64,000 nucleotides of DNA, taken from Lama guanicoe (Eukaryota). Below the pieces are notes generated by a model. That model made no database searches, was not told the origin of the DNA, and saw nothing but the letters and a program-made list of their open reading frames with translations. Position 1 is the first letter of the stretch. Each line of letters opens with the position of its first letter. The DNA is taken from the NCBI GenBank assembly GCA_013239625.1, contig MU054204.1, positions 743,537 through 807,536 on the forward strand, written 5' to 3'. The position numbers and the translations under genes are program-made. Positions 1 through 12,599 of this stretch are shown piece by piece.

Positions 1-1823
1 CAGCTAAATCTCCTAACAATCAGAGGTCAGTTATCTCCCCTGATGGAGAATGTTCTATGGACGACCTTTCCTACTATGTCAACCGACTGTCTTCTCTGGT
101 GATCCAGATGGCCCGTAAGGAAATCAAGGAGAAGTTGGAAGGTAGAAGCAAGTATTTCCATCATTCAATCTACCCACACACTGGGGACAAAGGGAAAAGC
201 AGCCCTCACAGTGCCGTGAGCAAGATTGCTTCCGAAATGGCCCACGATGCTGTGGAAGTAACCTCTGCAGAAATGCGAGGCACTAAGGAGGAGTGTAGGG
301 ATGGCCGAAAAACCTTACTGTATAGTGAATTATCCAACAAGAACAGGGGTGGAGACAAACAAATGTGTCAGCGAGATAGCAAAGAATTTGCAGATTCCAT
401 CAGCAAAGGACTTACAGTTTATGCAAATCAAGTGGCATCTGATATGATGGTCTCAGTTATGAAGACCTTGAAAGTTCATAGCTCTGGAAAGCCAATTCCA
501 GCCTGTGTGGTCCTGAAGAGGGTGCTGTTAAGACACACCAAGGAAATTGTGTCTGATTTGATTGACTCCTGCATGAAGAACCTACATAACATCACTGGGG
601 TACTGATGATGGACGCAGATTTTGTCTCTGCTGTCAAGAGGAATCTATTCAACCACGGGAAACAAAATGCTGCTGATATCATGGAGGCTATGCTGAAACG
701 TCTGGTTAGTGCTCTTCTTGGTGAAAAAAAAGAGACTAAGTCACAGAGCTTAGCATATGCAGCCTTGAAAGCCGGCTCCCATGATCCCAAATGCAAGAAT
801 CAAAGCCTCGAATTCTCCGCTATGAAGGCCGAAATGAAGGGGAAGGACAAAAGCAAAATAAAACCAGACGAGTGCAAGTCACTGACCAGTGCTGAGAAAG
901 TGAGTGAACATATCCTCAAGGAAAGCCTGACCATGTGGAACCAAAAACAAGGAAATCAAGGCAAGGTGGCTAGCAAAGCATGCACCAGTAAGGACGAAAA
1001 AAGGGAGAAGATCAGCCCTTCCACAGATTCACTGGCAAAGGACTTGATCGTCTCTGCCCTTAAGCTGATCCAGTACCATCTGACCCAGCAGGCGAAGGGC
1101 AAAGATGCATTTGAAGATGAATGTCCTACCACAGGCTATATGACCCAGAGCACCCAGTATGGAAAGTGTGGAGGTAGCCAAAGTGCCAAGGCGCTCTCAA
1201 TGAAACATCTAGAATCTCAGGGTGCACCTGGGCCATCCACCTCTCTGAAGGAGAATCAACAGCTGGACTCCCAGAAGCTGGATATGTCCAACATTGTCCT
1301 CTCACTGATTCAAAAACTGCTCAATGAGAGCTCCTTCAACTGTGAGGATCCATGTGAAAGTGACACCAAAAGTTCTGAGCCCAGGGCCAACAAAGCTACT
1401 TCCATGTCCAAGAGGCTTGACAAAGGGGAAGACCAATGCCAGAACAATCAAGAACTTGACCTTATGAATGGGATGAAGCAGGTGAATCGACAGTTTATCG
1501 ATCAACTGGTAGAATCTGTGATGAAGCTGTGCCTTATCATGGCTAAGTACAGCAACAATGGGGAAGCCCTGGCTGAGCTGGAAGAACAAACTGCCTTGGC
1601 CAACAACTCCAACTTCCAGGCTGGTGGCCCCAGATGTAGTCACGATAGCGCTATGTCACAGAACTATCCAGATGCTCCTGGCCCTGAAGTCATCGTCAAT
1701 AATCAGTGCTCGACAAGCAGCTTGCAAAAGCAGCTCCAGGCTGTCCTGCAGTGGATTGCCGCCTCCCAATTCAACGTGCCCATGCTCTACTTCATGGGGG
1801 ACGATGATGGACAACTGGAGAAG
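1..1823 (+). CDS. AKAP4: A-kinase anchor protein 4, large penultimate coding exon (5' part lies outside the window)
   Basis: Frame is open from base 3 (AKSPNNQRSVISPDGECSMDDLSYYVNRLSSLVIQMA...YANQVASDMM...LQWIAASQFNVPMLYFMGDDDGQLEK), matching AKAP4 as I recall it. It ends at a phase-0 donor AAG|gtaagc (GT at 1824-1825). The ATG at 57 is internal. Confidence 0.97.
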
Positions 1824-2098
1824 GTAAGCAATGCAATAAGGAACAAGATGAGAGGGTTGGAATGGGGAGGAGTCAGGGAGCCCGAGAGCAGCCCATTTTT
1901 TAAGTCTATACTTTATCCTATGACTTGTGAATGACTCCTACCTCATAAAGACACCAAAGTGATGAACCATGAACTAAGTGGGACTCTGGACACCTCAAAG
2001 CCTGTGCACTTCCAATAGGAGGAGGGTGAAATGAGCTCATCTTATCAGTGGTCCTTTCAACATACTATTTAGAGCAGTTTTTTAAGTCTTATGTCTTG

Positions 2099-2128
2099 TA
2101 CACACACACAAACACACACACACCACAC
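2099..2128 (+). repeat. Imperfect (CA)n microsatellite in the last AKAP4 intron
   Basis: Seen directly. Confidence 0.9.
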
Positions 2129-2379
2129 AACTGTGTTTCCTACATTAGATGGATTCCAGAGAAATAAAATACTAAACCAAATTACTTTCAATCCAGGACC
2201 CAAGCTCAGGCAATCCTCCCTATTTCCAACCTCAAACACCTCCAGTCCTGGACCTATGGCAGCCTTTAATCCTAGAATCCTGGGCAGGAAGGTGGGTGGG
2301 GGGTAGTTCACTTTAGCCCTCTGGGTTCCAGCTCCAAAAGCATCATGTGACTCATGCTATCTCTGCTCTCTCTCCACAG

Positions 2380-2535
2380 CTTCCTGAAGTTTCCGCTAAG
2401 GCAGCGGAGAAGGGATACAGTGTTGGAGACCTTCTTCAAGAGGTCATGAAGTTTGCCAAGGAACGACAGCTGGATGAAGCCATTGGAAACATGGCTAGGA
2501 AACAACTGCTAGATTGGCTGCTCACTAACCTGTGA
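2380..2535 (+). CDS. AKAP4: AKAP4 last coding exon
   Basis: Pyrimidine tract plus ccacag acceptor ending at 2379. Encodes LPEVSAKAAEKGYSVGDLLQEVMKFAKERQLDEAIGNMARKQLLDWLLTNL-TGA, the AKAP4 C-terminus, in phase with the donor at 1823. Confidence 0.97.
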   Translation, partial: LPEVSAKAAEKGYSVGDLLQEVMKFAKERQLDEAIGNMARKQLLDWLLTNL

Positions 2536-2717
2536 GCTAACAACTCCTTCACCTCCTCTCCATTAACCCCCCCAAACTCAGGAGCATTCCATCCCAGCTG
2601 GAACACCCCCCCACCATCAAGCCAGTCAATTGCATGCTACACGGTCGTATTTCCCAATGCATCTGAACAGCTGAACTGTGCAAATACAGGGTGTCCAACA
2701 AGCTGGGCAAGAACATG

Positions 2718-2758
2718 AATAAAAAAATAAAAAAAATTGTGTCATTGTTTTCTTGGTC
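2718..2758 (+). terminator. AKAP4: AKAP4 polyadenylation signal(s) and downstream GU/U-rich element
   Basis: AATAAA at 2718-2723 and 2726-2731, about 180 nt after the stop, followed by ttgtgtcattgttttcttggtc. Confidence 0.85.
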
Positions 2759-2810
2759 AGATATATGTGAGGCAAGGGGTGGGAAGGGTCCAATTTCAAG
2801 GACTGGTGAT

Positions 2811-2970
2811 GGGGGGAAGGTGTAGCTCAGTGATAGAGCATGTGCTTAGCCTGCACAAGGTCCTGGGTTCAATCCCCAGTACCTCCATTTAATTAATCAA
2901 TTAATTAATTAATCTAATTACCTCCCCCTAAAACAAACCAAAAATAATTTTATTAAAGAATAAAAAAACC
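2811..2970 (+). mobile_element. tRNA-Ala-derived SINE (camelid Vic-1 type)
   Basis: A box (tagctcagtga), cttagc anticodon loop, B box (gggttcaatccc), ctaattacc linker and A-rich tail. 15-bp TSD tcaaggactggtgat / tcagggactggtgat. Confidence 0.9.
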
Positions 2971-3706
2971 TCAGGGACTGGTGATACAGTGTTGGACTTG
3001 TGTCCAAATATCACCCTGGGTTCTTTTCTGAGCACCCAAGACACAGCGATAGAGCTCATGTCCAAGTTCCTGAGTAATTTGATTTATCCAAATCTCAGTT
3101 CACAAGCTATTTAGAGTTTTGCCACCTATGGCCTCCCTGTTTCTCCCAGAATCGCACACCTAACTTGATAGACCACCCCCACCCAATCCCAAGAATGCAG
3201 CTTTCTTGGTTACTTTTAAGAGTTTAAGGATGGGCTAGCTCAGATGAGAAACAAACCGAAGAAATGGGCATACATACACTCCCAGTGTTCACAGCACATG
3301 GCTAAATACTATCCACAACTACAATGGAACCTGATCCTCCCCCATGTGTAAATAAAGCTTCCTTATATGTTATTTCCTTCAATTGATATTTCCTTGTTTT
3401 CCTGCAGTCTGGGAGAAAAGTTTTCCAAGAACAAAGCTACAGAATGGTAAATTGCTCAGATCCAACCTATGTGAATCTCAGTGTCTCCTTTGAGACTAGC
3501 ACTAAATTCTCAGATTTGCTGTGTGCTTCTCAGAAGTCAATCACAATGCTATATAATTCACTGCAAATTAGATCAACACAGTGGTTTCAACCCCGTGGTC
3601 CTCTGTTAGCTAGTTTGCTATGGCATACCTTGGCACTTCTGAAGTGCTTGTGGCTTGGCAGAACACACATGGGATGTGGCATCCTTCTGGACTCAAACAT
3701 TAAAGC

Positions 3707-3787
3707 TTTTTAATAGAGGTACTGGGGACCCAGGACCTCACGCATGCTAAGCACGCACTCTACCACTGAGCTATACCCACCCCTCCC
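3707..3787 (-). mobile_element. Vic-1-type SINE (short, B box partly deleted)
   Basis: Reverse complement of the SINE head (taccactgagctatacc); the attgaa of the B box is missing. Confidence 0.85.
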
Positions 3788-4959
3788 AGAAGTTAAATCT
3801 TTTGGCTCTTACTAGTTGCATAGTCTTAGAGTCACCTAGATAGACCCTGAGCCTTTTTCTTTATTGGTAAAATATAGACAAAAAATTACCCTCACTGTTT
3901 AGAAGTTACACTAGAGGAATGGATGGGCTGATCCTTTGCCAGGTGAGTCTTGTTACAAGTAGATCCAGGAAGGAGGCAGAACCTCTCAAAGCCCATCCTA
4001 ACACAGCTGCAAGTTTTTTTGATACATTTCCAGGCTGAAAGCAAGATTCTCTTGAGTGTGGGACCCAGAGAGTCACATGTGGGGGGAGGTAAGAAACCCA
4101 GGGGCAAACTTCACCAACTTTTCTGCGAAGGCAGGACCTTTAAAACTCCCCAGCCCTGATGAAAGCTAATCAAATCTTTTCTAGTTATATCCCACCCTAT
4201 GAAAAGCTTTGGAGTTGAACCACCACAGATCCTTCTCTTTGTCCTTGAAGAAAATCCTTAATAAACAAATCCTGGGACCCGGGCTGCGTTTCTGATGACG
4301 CAATCCTCCCTGAGCACAGCTGGGTCCCCTAGTAGTTTACTTCCTTGATTAACTTGGCTCTCGACTTACTCCTGATTTTAATTATGAGGCGGCCTTGGGG
4401 ATTCCTTGGAACGTGGAAATAGAGCAAAGGAAGTTATATGTTCTGTTAAATGAGAGGGGTAGGGGTCAAAGGGCCCTTCCAGCTCTGACATTTGACAATT
4501 CTAAGAGTTTCTCTTCCATAATTTCTCAGGGAAACTGGCGTGGATGAGGTAAGAGCAGGGTGAGGAAACTTGATTTTGGCCAGAGCTAACTGACAGGCTC
4601 CAGTAGAGACAGGAATGCTTTGGGCCACAGAGGGCCCTGACAAGGGTCTGGAGGAGCTCAGCAGTCCTTGGGGTTTATACCTGGAGGGTGAGACCCTGGC
4701 CTTTGACCTCTCTGAATAGAGAAGAGATCCCAGGCATCCTATTGGCAATATGGCCATGCTCGATGCCAGCCACTGGAAGTGGAAAAGGACTTCTGCTGAG
4801 CTGAAAGCCCCTTGTATAATAGGAAAGGGACAAGAGGAACAGAAGAAGGGAAAGATGATTCTTTCCTGGCAGGCCATGTCACTAGTTTGGTACCTCTGAC
4901 AGTTTTAATCTTTCTGAACATCAGAAAGTTGGGAGCAGAACTCACGTGGTTGGTTACCA

Positions 4960-5375
4960 CAGGGCCAGGCCTAGGCTGAGGTGAGGCAAGAGGGACACTG
5001 GCCTTGGGCCAACTTTAAGGGGCACCAAAAAAATCTCAGTAATCATGCTAAATAGCTTTGGGGGAGGGTATAGCTCAAGTTGTAGAGCACATGCTTAGCA
5101 TGCCCCAGGTCCTGGGTTCAATCCCCAGTACCTCTTTTAAAAATAAACCAAATGCTCCCCCCCAAAAAAAATCTTTAAAAAATAGTTTCAAGGCACCATT
5201 TAAAAAAATCAAAATTAATGCACAGCTAGGGGAGGGTATAGCTCAGCAGTAGAGCACATGCATAGCATGCATGAGGTCCTGGGTTCAATCCCCAGTACCT
5301 CTATTAAAACTAGATAAATAAACAAACTGAATTGCCAAAAAAAAATAATGCAGAGTATCAAAATGTCAGAAATTG
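4960..5375 (+). mobile_element. Old hAT MITE (MER53-like) interrupted by two Vic-1-type SINEs (5060-5180, 5229-5345)
   Basis: cagggccaggcctagg...tttaaggggcaccaaaaaaatctcagtaatc...aaaaaatcaaaattaatgca resembles a recalled hAT MITE consensus (family name uncertain). Two clear SINE heads, each with an imperfect TSD. Confidence 0.7.
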
Positions 5376-6312
5376 GAATACAGAGGATTAGTCACAGGGC
5401 TATGCCAAAACACAATGGAGCACGAGGCAAAAGAGAAAACTGGGAAGACTGATGTTATGGGAGGACTGCTGCATGGGAGATTGCCAAGGCAGGATTTAGA
5501 GATGGTATTGCTCTGAAGGCCTGCATGAGTACAAAAAAGCAACGATGAATTAAATCCCTGCCTAAAGAATTTAGGAAGGGAACAAATAATAAATCCAACA
5601 AGTTTAGGAATGGGGAAATCAAATTTGGAGCAAGGAAAACAAAGCAGAGAGAGAAAGCAAAGTCTCACTTAAACCTTAAAAAACTAATCAGAGGTGACGA
5701 GAGGAGTTATTGGAGTGTTTTCTCTCTTGCTTAACCTGAGTCCATCTTTTCAAACAAAACCTCATATTAGATTCATTCTGGTTAAAAACAGGAACCACTC
5801 AAGATTTCCCCTGTCAAAATTCTACTTTAAAATAGTTCTAATAATGAAATAAGAAAAATAAGTAAAAAGTAGAAATATAGGTGCACTAGAAATAAAAATG
5901 CCACCTTTGCCAGTGATATATTTGTAGATTCATGAAAATCAAATCCCCAAAGACCAGAGGTAATGAATGAGCTTTGCAAAGGTATAGGATAAAATATACT
6001 TGATACTCGTGAGCTGGAAGAATCTGCCATCAACTATAAAACAATTCCAGCTGCTTTCTCCCCACTGATTCAGAAATATGTAAAAAGTTCCGTTCCCCTG
6101 CACTTTGTGCAAAGACACTGCTAGGTCTCTGTGGTGTCAGAACATGAAAAAAATCTGACAGGATCTATTGAATTTCTACATCCTAGACACTCAGCCAGAA
6201 AGAGGAGGATCTAATTACCATAGTGACAATATTAAACACTTAGCTATTAAAGAAGGCAAAAATGTATCTTCTTACAGAGCACTTACTGAGGACCAGACAC
6301 TACTAGGTCAGG

Positions 6313-6453
6313 TTTTTTTTAATCTTTAAAAAAATTTTTTATTATTATTATTTTGCCACTGTGGAGATAATTAGGTTTATTTATAAGTGGAGGCACTGGG
6401 GATTGAACCCCGGCCCACGTGCATGCTAAGCATACTCTCTACCACTGAGCTAC
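6313..6453 (-). mobile_element. Vic-1-type SINE within a MIR-like remnant
   Basis: ggggattgaaccc...ctaccactgagcta, with taattaggttt linker and T-rich tail. Confidence 0.85.
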
Positions 6454-7188
6454 ATAGAGGGTCAAGTTTCAAAGGCCTTTTCTAAGATCACATGATCAGT
6501 AAGTGGGAGAGTTGGGGTTCAAACCCAGGTTTGCCTCCTGTCAAATACTCTGCTTTTTTCTATTCTGTCACATCAGCTTCCCACTGATTTAGAATCCGTT
6601 TATTGAAAAAAAAAAACCTATAATACATGAATGAGAAAAAGAAAGGAAAACAGCTAAGTAGAAAAATAGACCAGGCTCCTGACTAGAAAAACTAAATAAA
6701 ATTTAAAAACTAAATAAAATAAAACATATTCTGATTCATCATAGAGGTTCCATATAATGCCAATTTAAATCTTTATGGGTAGTCTCAAAGTATCTCTAAA
6801 TATTTATTAATTGTGAAGGGGAAAAGAATAACTTTGCAATGGATGAGCCAGTAACAGCGTAATTATGTGATCAAGGTTACCATCATCAATAAAGACATAT
6901 TGGTATCACATACCTCCTGATATAATGTCAACAGAAAGGCATGTCACCTCTATGGAATTCTTGCCCCAAAACCCATAACCCCAATCTAATCACGAGAACC
7001 TACCAGATAAACCTAAATTGAGGACATTCTATAAAATATCTGACCAGAATGGACTCCCAAGAGCCATGAGGGAATATTTTAGCGTTATGAAAATATTAAT
7101 TATATATCTTGATAGGGGAGACATTTAACACAGATATATACATTTCTATCTAAATTATATCAATAAAGTTTATTTTGAAATATATTTT

Positions 7189-7292
7189 GGGGAGTGTGTA
7201 TAGCTCAGTGGTAGAGTATATGCTGAGTATGCACAAGGTCCTGAGCTCAATTCCCAGTACCTCCATTAAAAAGTCATAATAATAAAAAAATA
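7189..7292 (+). mobile_element. Vic-1-type SINE
   Basis: gtatagctcagtggtagag head, A-rich tail, TSD aaatatattt. Confidence 0.88.
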
Positions 7293-7579
7293 AAATATAT
7301 TTCAACTTAATACCTGTAAAAATAAAATCCCCTTCCACTGTTCACAAGCTTCTTTGCTCTTCTGCCTCTTTCCAGAAAGTCTCCAATTTAGCAAGACTTT
7401 CTGGCTTCGGGCTCTCAGCCACCCTGAACTTGCAGCCCTCTGTCCTGTTCCTTCCACTGGTCTGTGGTGGCCCAGAGCGGGACCTTGGGAGCTTCCTTTT
7501 TATGAGAACTTCCCTCCCAGATCTCAGCTCTATATCCAAGGGGTGAAGGTTTTCAGTTTAACTCCTTCTTGTCATAGAA

Positions 7580-7825
7580 GTCTCCTCAGAAAAGCCTTCC
7601 TTCACCACCCTATCACCCAGTTACTCTTTATTCCATGACCCTGTTTTCTTTTCATCACACTAACTGATACATCCTTTTGATCATTTTTTACTTGCCTACA
7701 ACTGTTTCTTCCCACTAGAATGGTAACTCCAGGAGGACAGGGACCTCCTGTCTTGTTCACTACTGTATCCCCAGTGCCCAGCACAGGGCCTGGTACATAG
7801 TAACCATTCAATAAATATTTATTGT
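7580..7825 (+). mobile_element. L2 3' end fragment
   Basis: tgtcttgttcactactgtatccccagtgcccagcacagggcctggtacatagta...caataaatattt, a typical L2 3' terminus. Confidence 0.8.
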
Positions 7826-8109
7826 ATCAATAATGACCCATTTCAGTGTTCCCTGGTGGGGGGAAATAACACTAAATGGGGAGTCAGAACGTTTTCCACT
7901 AACCACAGCCACTCAATATCTCTTAATCACTTAATCTAGCCAAGTATCAGTTTCCTCACCTCAAAACTCAGACTGCTAGTCATGATGCTAATCATATCTT
8001 TCAATATCTACCTCTCTGGAGGTACTGGGCTGGTCAAAGAGGCAAGCAAGGTGAAAATGTTTAAAAACCAGGTCTAAATGTGCCCATTAAAGTTTCACTG
8101 CAAAATAAT

Positions 8110-8340
8110 AAGAAGAATGTCTAACTTCTACCATGTGCCAGGCATTCACATAAGTGCTTTCCACTATTTTGTCCTTTAATCCCTTCAACAACCCTATGAG
8201 GTAGATGATCTTATTATCCCACTTTTCAGATGAGGCAACTGAGGCCCAGAGAAGTGGAGTCACCTGCTCCAGTTTACACAGTTCAGAAGGGATAGAGTTG
8301 GTATTCAAACACAGATAATCCTGGCCCAAAGCTCCCACTC
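8110..8340 (-). mobile_element. MIR SINE
   Basis: aacaaccctatgaggtag...ttttcagatgaggcaactgaggcccagaga MIR core. Confidence 0.8.
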
Positions 8341-10871
8341 TGTCCTGCTTCACAGAATATATGGACTTTTTTTGTAATGTCACATGTCAGGATAAGTCCT
8401 GGCATAGTGCAGAATTGAGCAGACACACCTAAGAGGTGCTAGGAACCTCAGGAGTGGGGTGGATGGTTGGCTGGAAGGAATCCAGGCTGGTGGATAGGCA
8501 GAGGTCACCAAAGGGTATTGCAGGCAAAGCCAGGGCCCAGAAGAAGGCCAAAAGCTACCCCCAAAGCTCTAGGCATCTCAACAAGTAAGCAGACACAGCT
8601 ACTGGGACTCATGGAGTATCCTCAAGTTCAAACAGAGGTGATGCTCAAAATGCGTCCTCTCAGGACAAACTGGTAATTCACATTTGTTCACAGTCCCCAG
8701 GTCTGCTACCATTAGGAGGTGGGTCCCAGGGTGGGGGTGGGGGGAACCAGAGTGAAAAAACCAACTCCAGACAAGCTGGCACACATGTTCCCTGGGAGAA
8801 ACAAGGGTGGCCCCTGATGGCGTCTATTTAGTGTTCCCAAGAGTCAGGCTGCACAAGGCAGGGGTCGGGGTGTCGGGGGAGGCCTTATGGAACATTTGAG
8901 GTGCTTAGGGCATTTGCCAATGAGTATGAAAGTTATTTTAATACTTTAACAGCCAGTAGGGCTGTACTGGTGCCCAAAGTCTGAATGTCAGCCCTACTTT
9001 CCCCTATTTCTCAAGCCTCAGGGGCTGGCTAAAAATTGAATTTGAGGTAACATCGGAGGTGAATCCAGCTGAGGAAAGGGTGGAAGGGATGGAACCCATG
9101 AGCTGCTCCTGGCTCACACAGCCCTATCCTCGCTTTGATCAGACTGAATTATAATGTCCTGTTTACATGTCTGTCTTTCCTATAGACTGGAAGTTGCACA
9201 TAGTAAATGGGCACCTAGCCAATCAATGTTTGTTGAGTAACAACTAACATGGGTTGTGTGCTGACTTCTTGCCAAACCTCTCATTTGATCCTTATGGTCC
9301 CTCTCTTGGTAGCCCCTTTTTGCAACTGATGAAATGAAGGGCCAAGGAGATCAGAAACTTGCCCACAACTGGGATTAAGCCCAGGCAGCCTGATTCTGGA
9401 TTCTGGCTCTTAACTACTGTACTTGATTTGTGGCTGGGTGGGTGGCCATACGTCTGCAAACATTCAGAGATGAATAAAGTGTGGCTTGTTTAGGGAGACG
9501 TATGTGGCTGGGATGTAGGGTATAAAGGGGAAGGGATGAGTGACAGAGCTAGAAAATTCAACTGGCATCCAACTGCAAAGGGCCTTGTATATCATGTTTA
9601 AAATGCTGGACTCACTTCTAAGGTCAATGAGAAACCATTTGAAAGGTCGGAGCCCGGCAGTTTCAGGGTGAGATTTATGTTCTGGAATGCTGACTTGGTC
9701 TGCTGTGGGATGGATGGATTGGAGGGAGTGCTGCTCAACTGTTATTTACTTCCTTTGTTTATTTCTAGTTTTTTCTATCCTTTCATTTTTCATTTTTCAA
9801 ATGCCAACCTCCCTGGACTGTACTGAAAGTTAAAAGGATTTATCCACATCTGGGCCGGCACATCTCTTGAGGGGTAGGTGGGGGAGGTAAAGGGTACTTC
9901 TTATAACTGGCAGGAAGACCCCAGCTATGATGGAGCCCATTGGTGAAGGATTTTCACTTACCTTCCCTAAGGCTGCACTTGGTCTGACTGCCTCTATTTG
10001 ACACTCACTCCCATCAGATGCTAAGAACATTAGACTCCAGACTCCCACCCACCCCCAGATGACAAATGGGTGGATTTTTTTTTCTGACCCTGAAGTGGTT
10101 TCACACCACACCCCCCAGAAACTATAAATCCTGTCCCAGAACTCTCCAGAGGGAGAAGCAAAGTCAAACACCCTGACCTGCTAGCCTTCCTCTCAGGGGT
10201 CGGCTAGCATTGGTCTCCCCGAAATCTTGTTTTTGAAAAAGAAATTTCTCCAGCCAGAGATTTCAGGTGCCTGTTGGCTGGCCCTGTGGCACAGACTGTC
10301 TGCTGGCGGGAAGAGGGGGTCTGATTTGGCCAGGAAAATCTCTGGCAGCAAATGGTCTACGTCTGAATTGATACAGCAACTTAGTTCTCATCCTGATACA
10401 GCTTCTAGACCAGATACACTTCGAATGATTTGTCATATATCTTTATCCTCTTTTGAATATGCTCTTGGGGTTTCTTTCCTACTTCCCTAGCCCTTCCTTC
10501 TCCATCTCTTATGGAATCCTCTTTCTCTGCCCATCTAATAAATGGTGGAATACCTCCAGATCCACCCTCAGCATCCTGTTCTCACCACCCTCACTCCTTA
10601 GCTATATCTACTTTGCAAAAGATCAGAGGAAGGTCCAGCTGCAACAATGAACTAGTGCAAAGGTTTCGGTCCTGAAGGAAACCAAGAGCCAGAGGAGGCA
10701 GTGGTGGGTCTGAGATGAAGTTTCACAGTGGTGCTTCTTTGCTGCAGGTGGGGTGGGGCTAGAACTTTTAAAATGCAGAGACCTAGGTCCCACCCAGGGA
10801 AAGTCTTCATTCCTTAGTTTGGAGCTGCAACACAGACATGTCTATTTTGAAAAACCTTTAAGAGATGCTCT

Positions 10872-10975
10872 GGGGGATATAGCTCAGTGGTAGAGCATAT
10901 GCTTAGCATGCGTAAAGTCCTGGGTTCAGTACCCAGCATCTCCACTAAAAAAATAAAGAGAGAGGGAGAGAGAGT
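10872..10975 (+). mobile_element. Vic-1-type SINE
   Basis: atatagctcagtggtagagcatatgcttagcatg head with an (AG)-rich tail. Confidence 0.85.
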
Positions 10976-11904
10976 GAGGGACGTTCTATCACTCCTTTTT
11001 ATTTTGAAGAAATGAAAACCTATAGAAAATTATAAGATTAGTACATTGAGTACCCATATACCCTTTATCCAGTTTCACCAAGTATTAATAATTTGCCATC
11101 TTGTTTCATCTATCTAGCACACAACTGCCTAAAATGGTGAAAGTGTAATATTATTATATAACATAATAATTATTATTTTGCTGAACTGTTTGAAAGTCAG
11201 TTGCAGACATCGAGATATTCAAGTACTTCAGGGTGTACCTCTTAGAAACAAGGTCATTCTTCCACGTATAACTCATATTCACTTTTCCTTAAATATCCCA
11301 ATAGTGGACTCCATAGACACTCCCCTCCATCCAAAATCCATATACTGTATGTAGTTATCCTTTAGTCTCCTGTCATCTAGAACAGTTCCCCAGCTTTGGC
11401 GCTGGCCTTTTATGACACGGACATTTTTTGAGTCCAGGCCAGGAGTTTTGAAGAATGTCTGAGAGATTTTGATCCACAGCCAAGATAGAGAACAGCTTCA
11501 AGAGTATTTGAGTTTAGAGAGATCATAACCAGCCAATGAACTGAAGGGCAGGCCTAGGGCCAAAATAGAGACTTAGGATCTGCATGCAAACTGAACGGAG
11601 GTCAGGAGGGAAGTGAAGAAGGGGTGGTGGCTGGGCAGATGGGATGACTTAAAAATAAAAGGTCACGGCCGCTATTCTTCCCAGGGTTACAAATCCTGAA
11701 ATACACCCAGCAGGAATTCACCAGATGATTTCTTCAGTCCTCTCACCTGCCTCCTGCGACCCAGGCCCTTATATTGATCTGTCATAGTATTTATTGAACA
11801 TATGCAGTGTGTCAGGCACTGTTCTAAGCTCATTACATGTGTTACCTCATTGAACTTTTACCACAAGAAACTCTCTAGGAGGCAAGAGCTGTGATTGTCC
11901 CTAT

Positions 11905-12125
11905 TTTATTTTTTTTAAATTGAAGTAGAGTTGATTTACAATGTTGTGTTAGTTGCAGGTATAGAGCAAAGTGATTCTGTTATCCATACTTTTTTTTTCA
12001 GTCTTTTCCCCTATAGGTTATTACAAGATATTGAATACAGTTCCCCGTGCTGTACAGCAAATCTTTGTTGTTTATCTATTTTATATATAGTTGTGTGTAT
12101 CTGTTAATCCCATACTCTTATATGA
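11905..12125 (-). mobile_element. L1 3' end (artiodactyl-type) inserted in a MIR
   Basis: ttgaagtagagttgatttacaatgttgtgttag... L1 3' UTR, with TSD gtgattgtcc(c/t)tattt at 11891 and 12137. The MIR core resumes afterwards. Confidence 0.85.
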
Positions 12126-12431
12126 TTAAATTAGAAGTGATTGTCCTTATTTGATGAATGAGGAAACTGAAGCCCAGAGGGGTATAACTTGTTCAGGGTC
12201 ACACAGCTAGTAAGTGGGATCCTAGAATTTGAACCTAGCAAGTTCTGGCTTCAGAGCCCTCTCTCTTTTTTTTTTTCATTTTATTTTTAAAATTATTATT
12301 CAATAAAATTGACTTTCTCGTCTTTTGATTTTCAGTTCTAGGATACAGAACAGTTCCATCATCCCCTGAAAACCTCCCTCCCACTCCCCCTTTATAGCCA
12401 CACCTCCCCCCACTGCCTCTTATGTTAAGGG

Positions 12432-12575
12432 TTTCTCTTTTTTCAATTTTTTTGGGGGGGAAGGGATGTAATTAGGTTTATTTACTTATTTTTTTTATGA
12501 TGGAGGTAGTGAGGATTGAACCCAGGACCTCATGCATGCTAAGCATGCACTCTGCCACTGAGCTATACCCTCCCC
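12432..12575 (-). mobile_element. Vic-1-type SINE
   Basis: gattgaacccaggacctcatgcatgctaagc...ctgagctataccctcccc. Confidence 0.9.
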
Positions 12576-12599
12576 AAGGCTTTTTTAAAATTGTGCACC

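Noticed and set aside
1824..1934. C-terminal extension of the 625-aa ORF (VSNAIRNK...MTCE)
   Set aside because: Intron read-through past a canonical donor; the true C-terminus is in exon 2380-2535.
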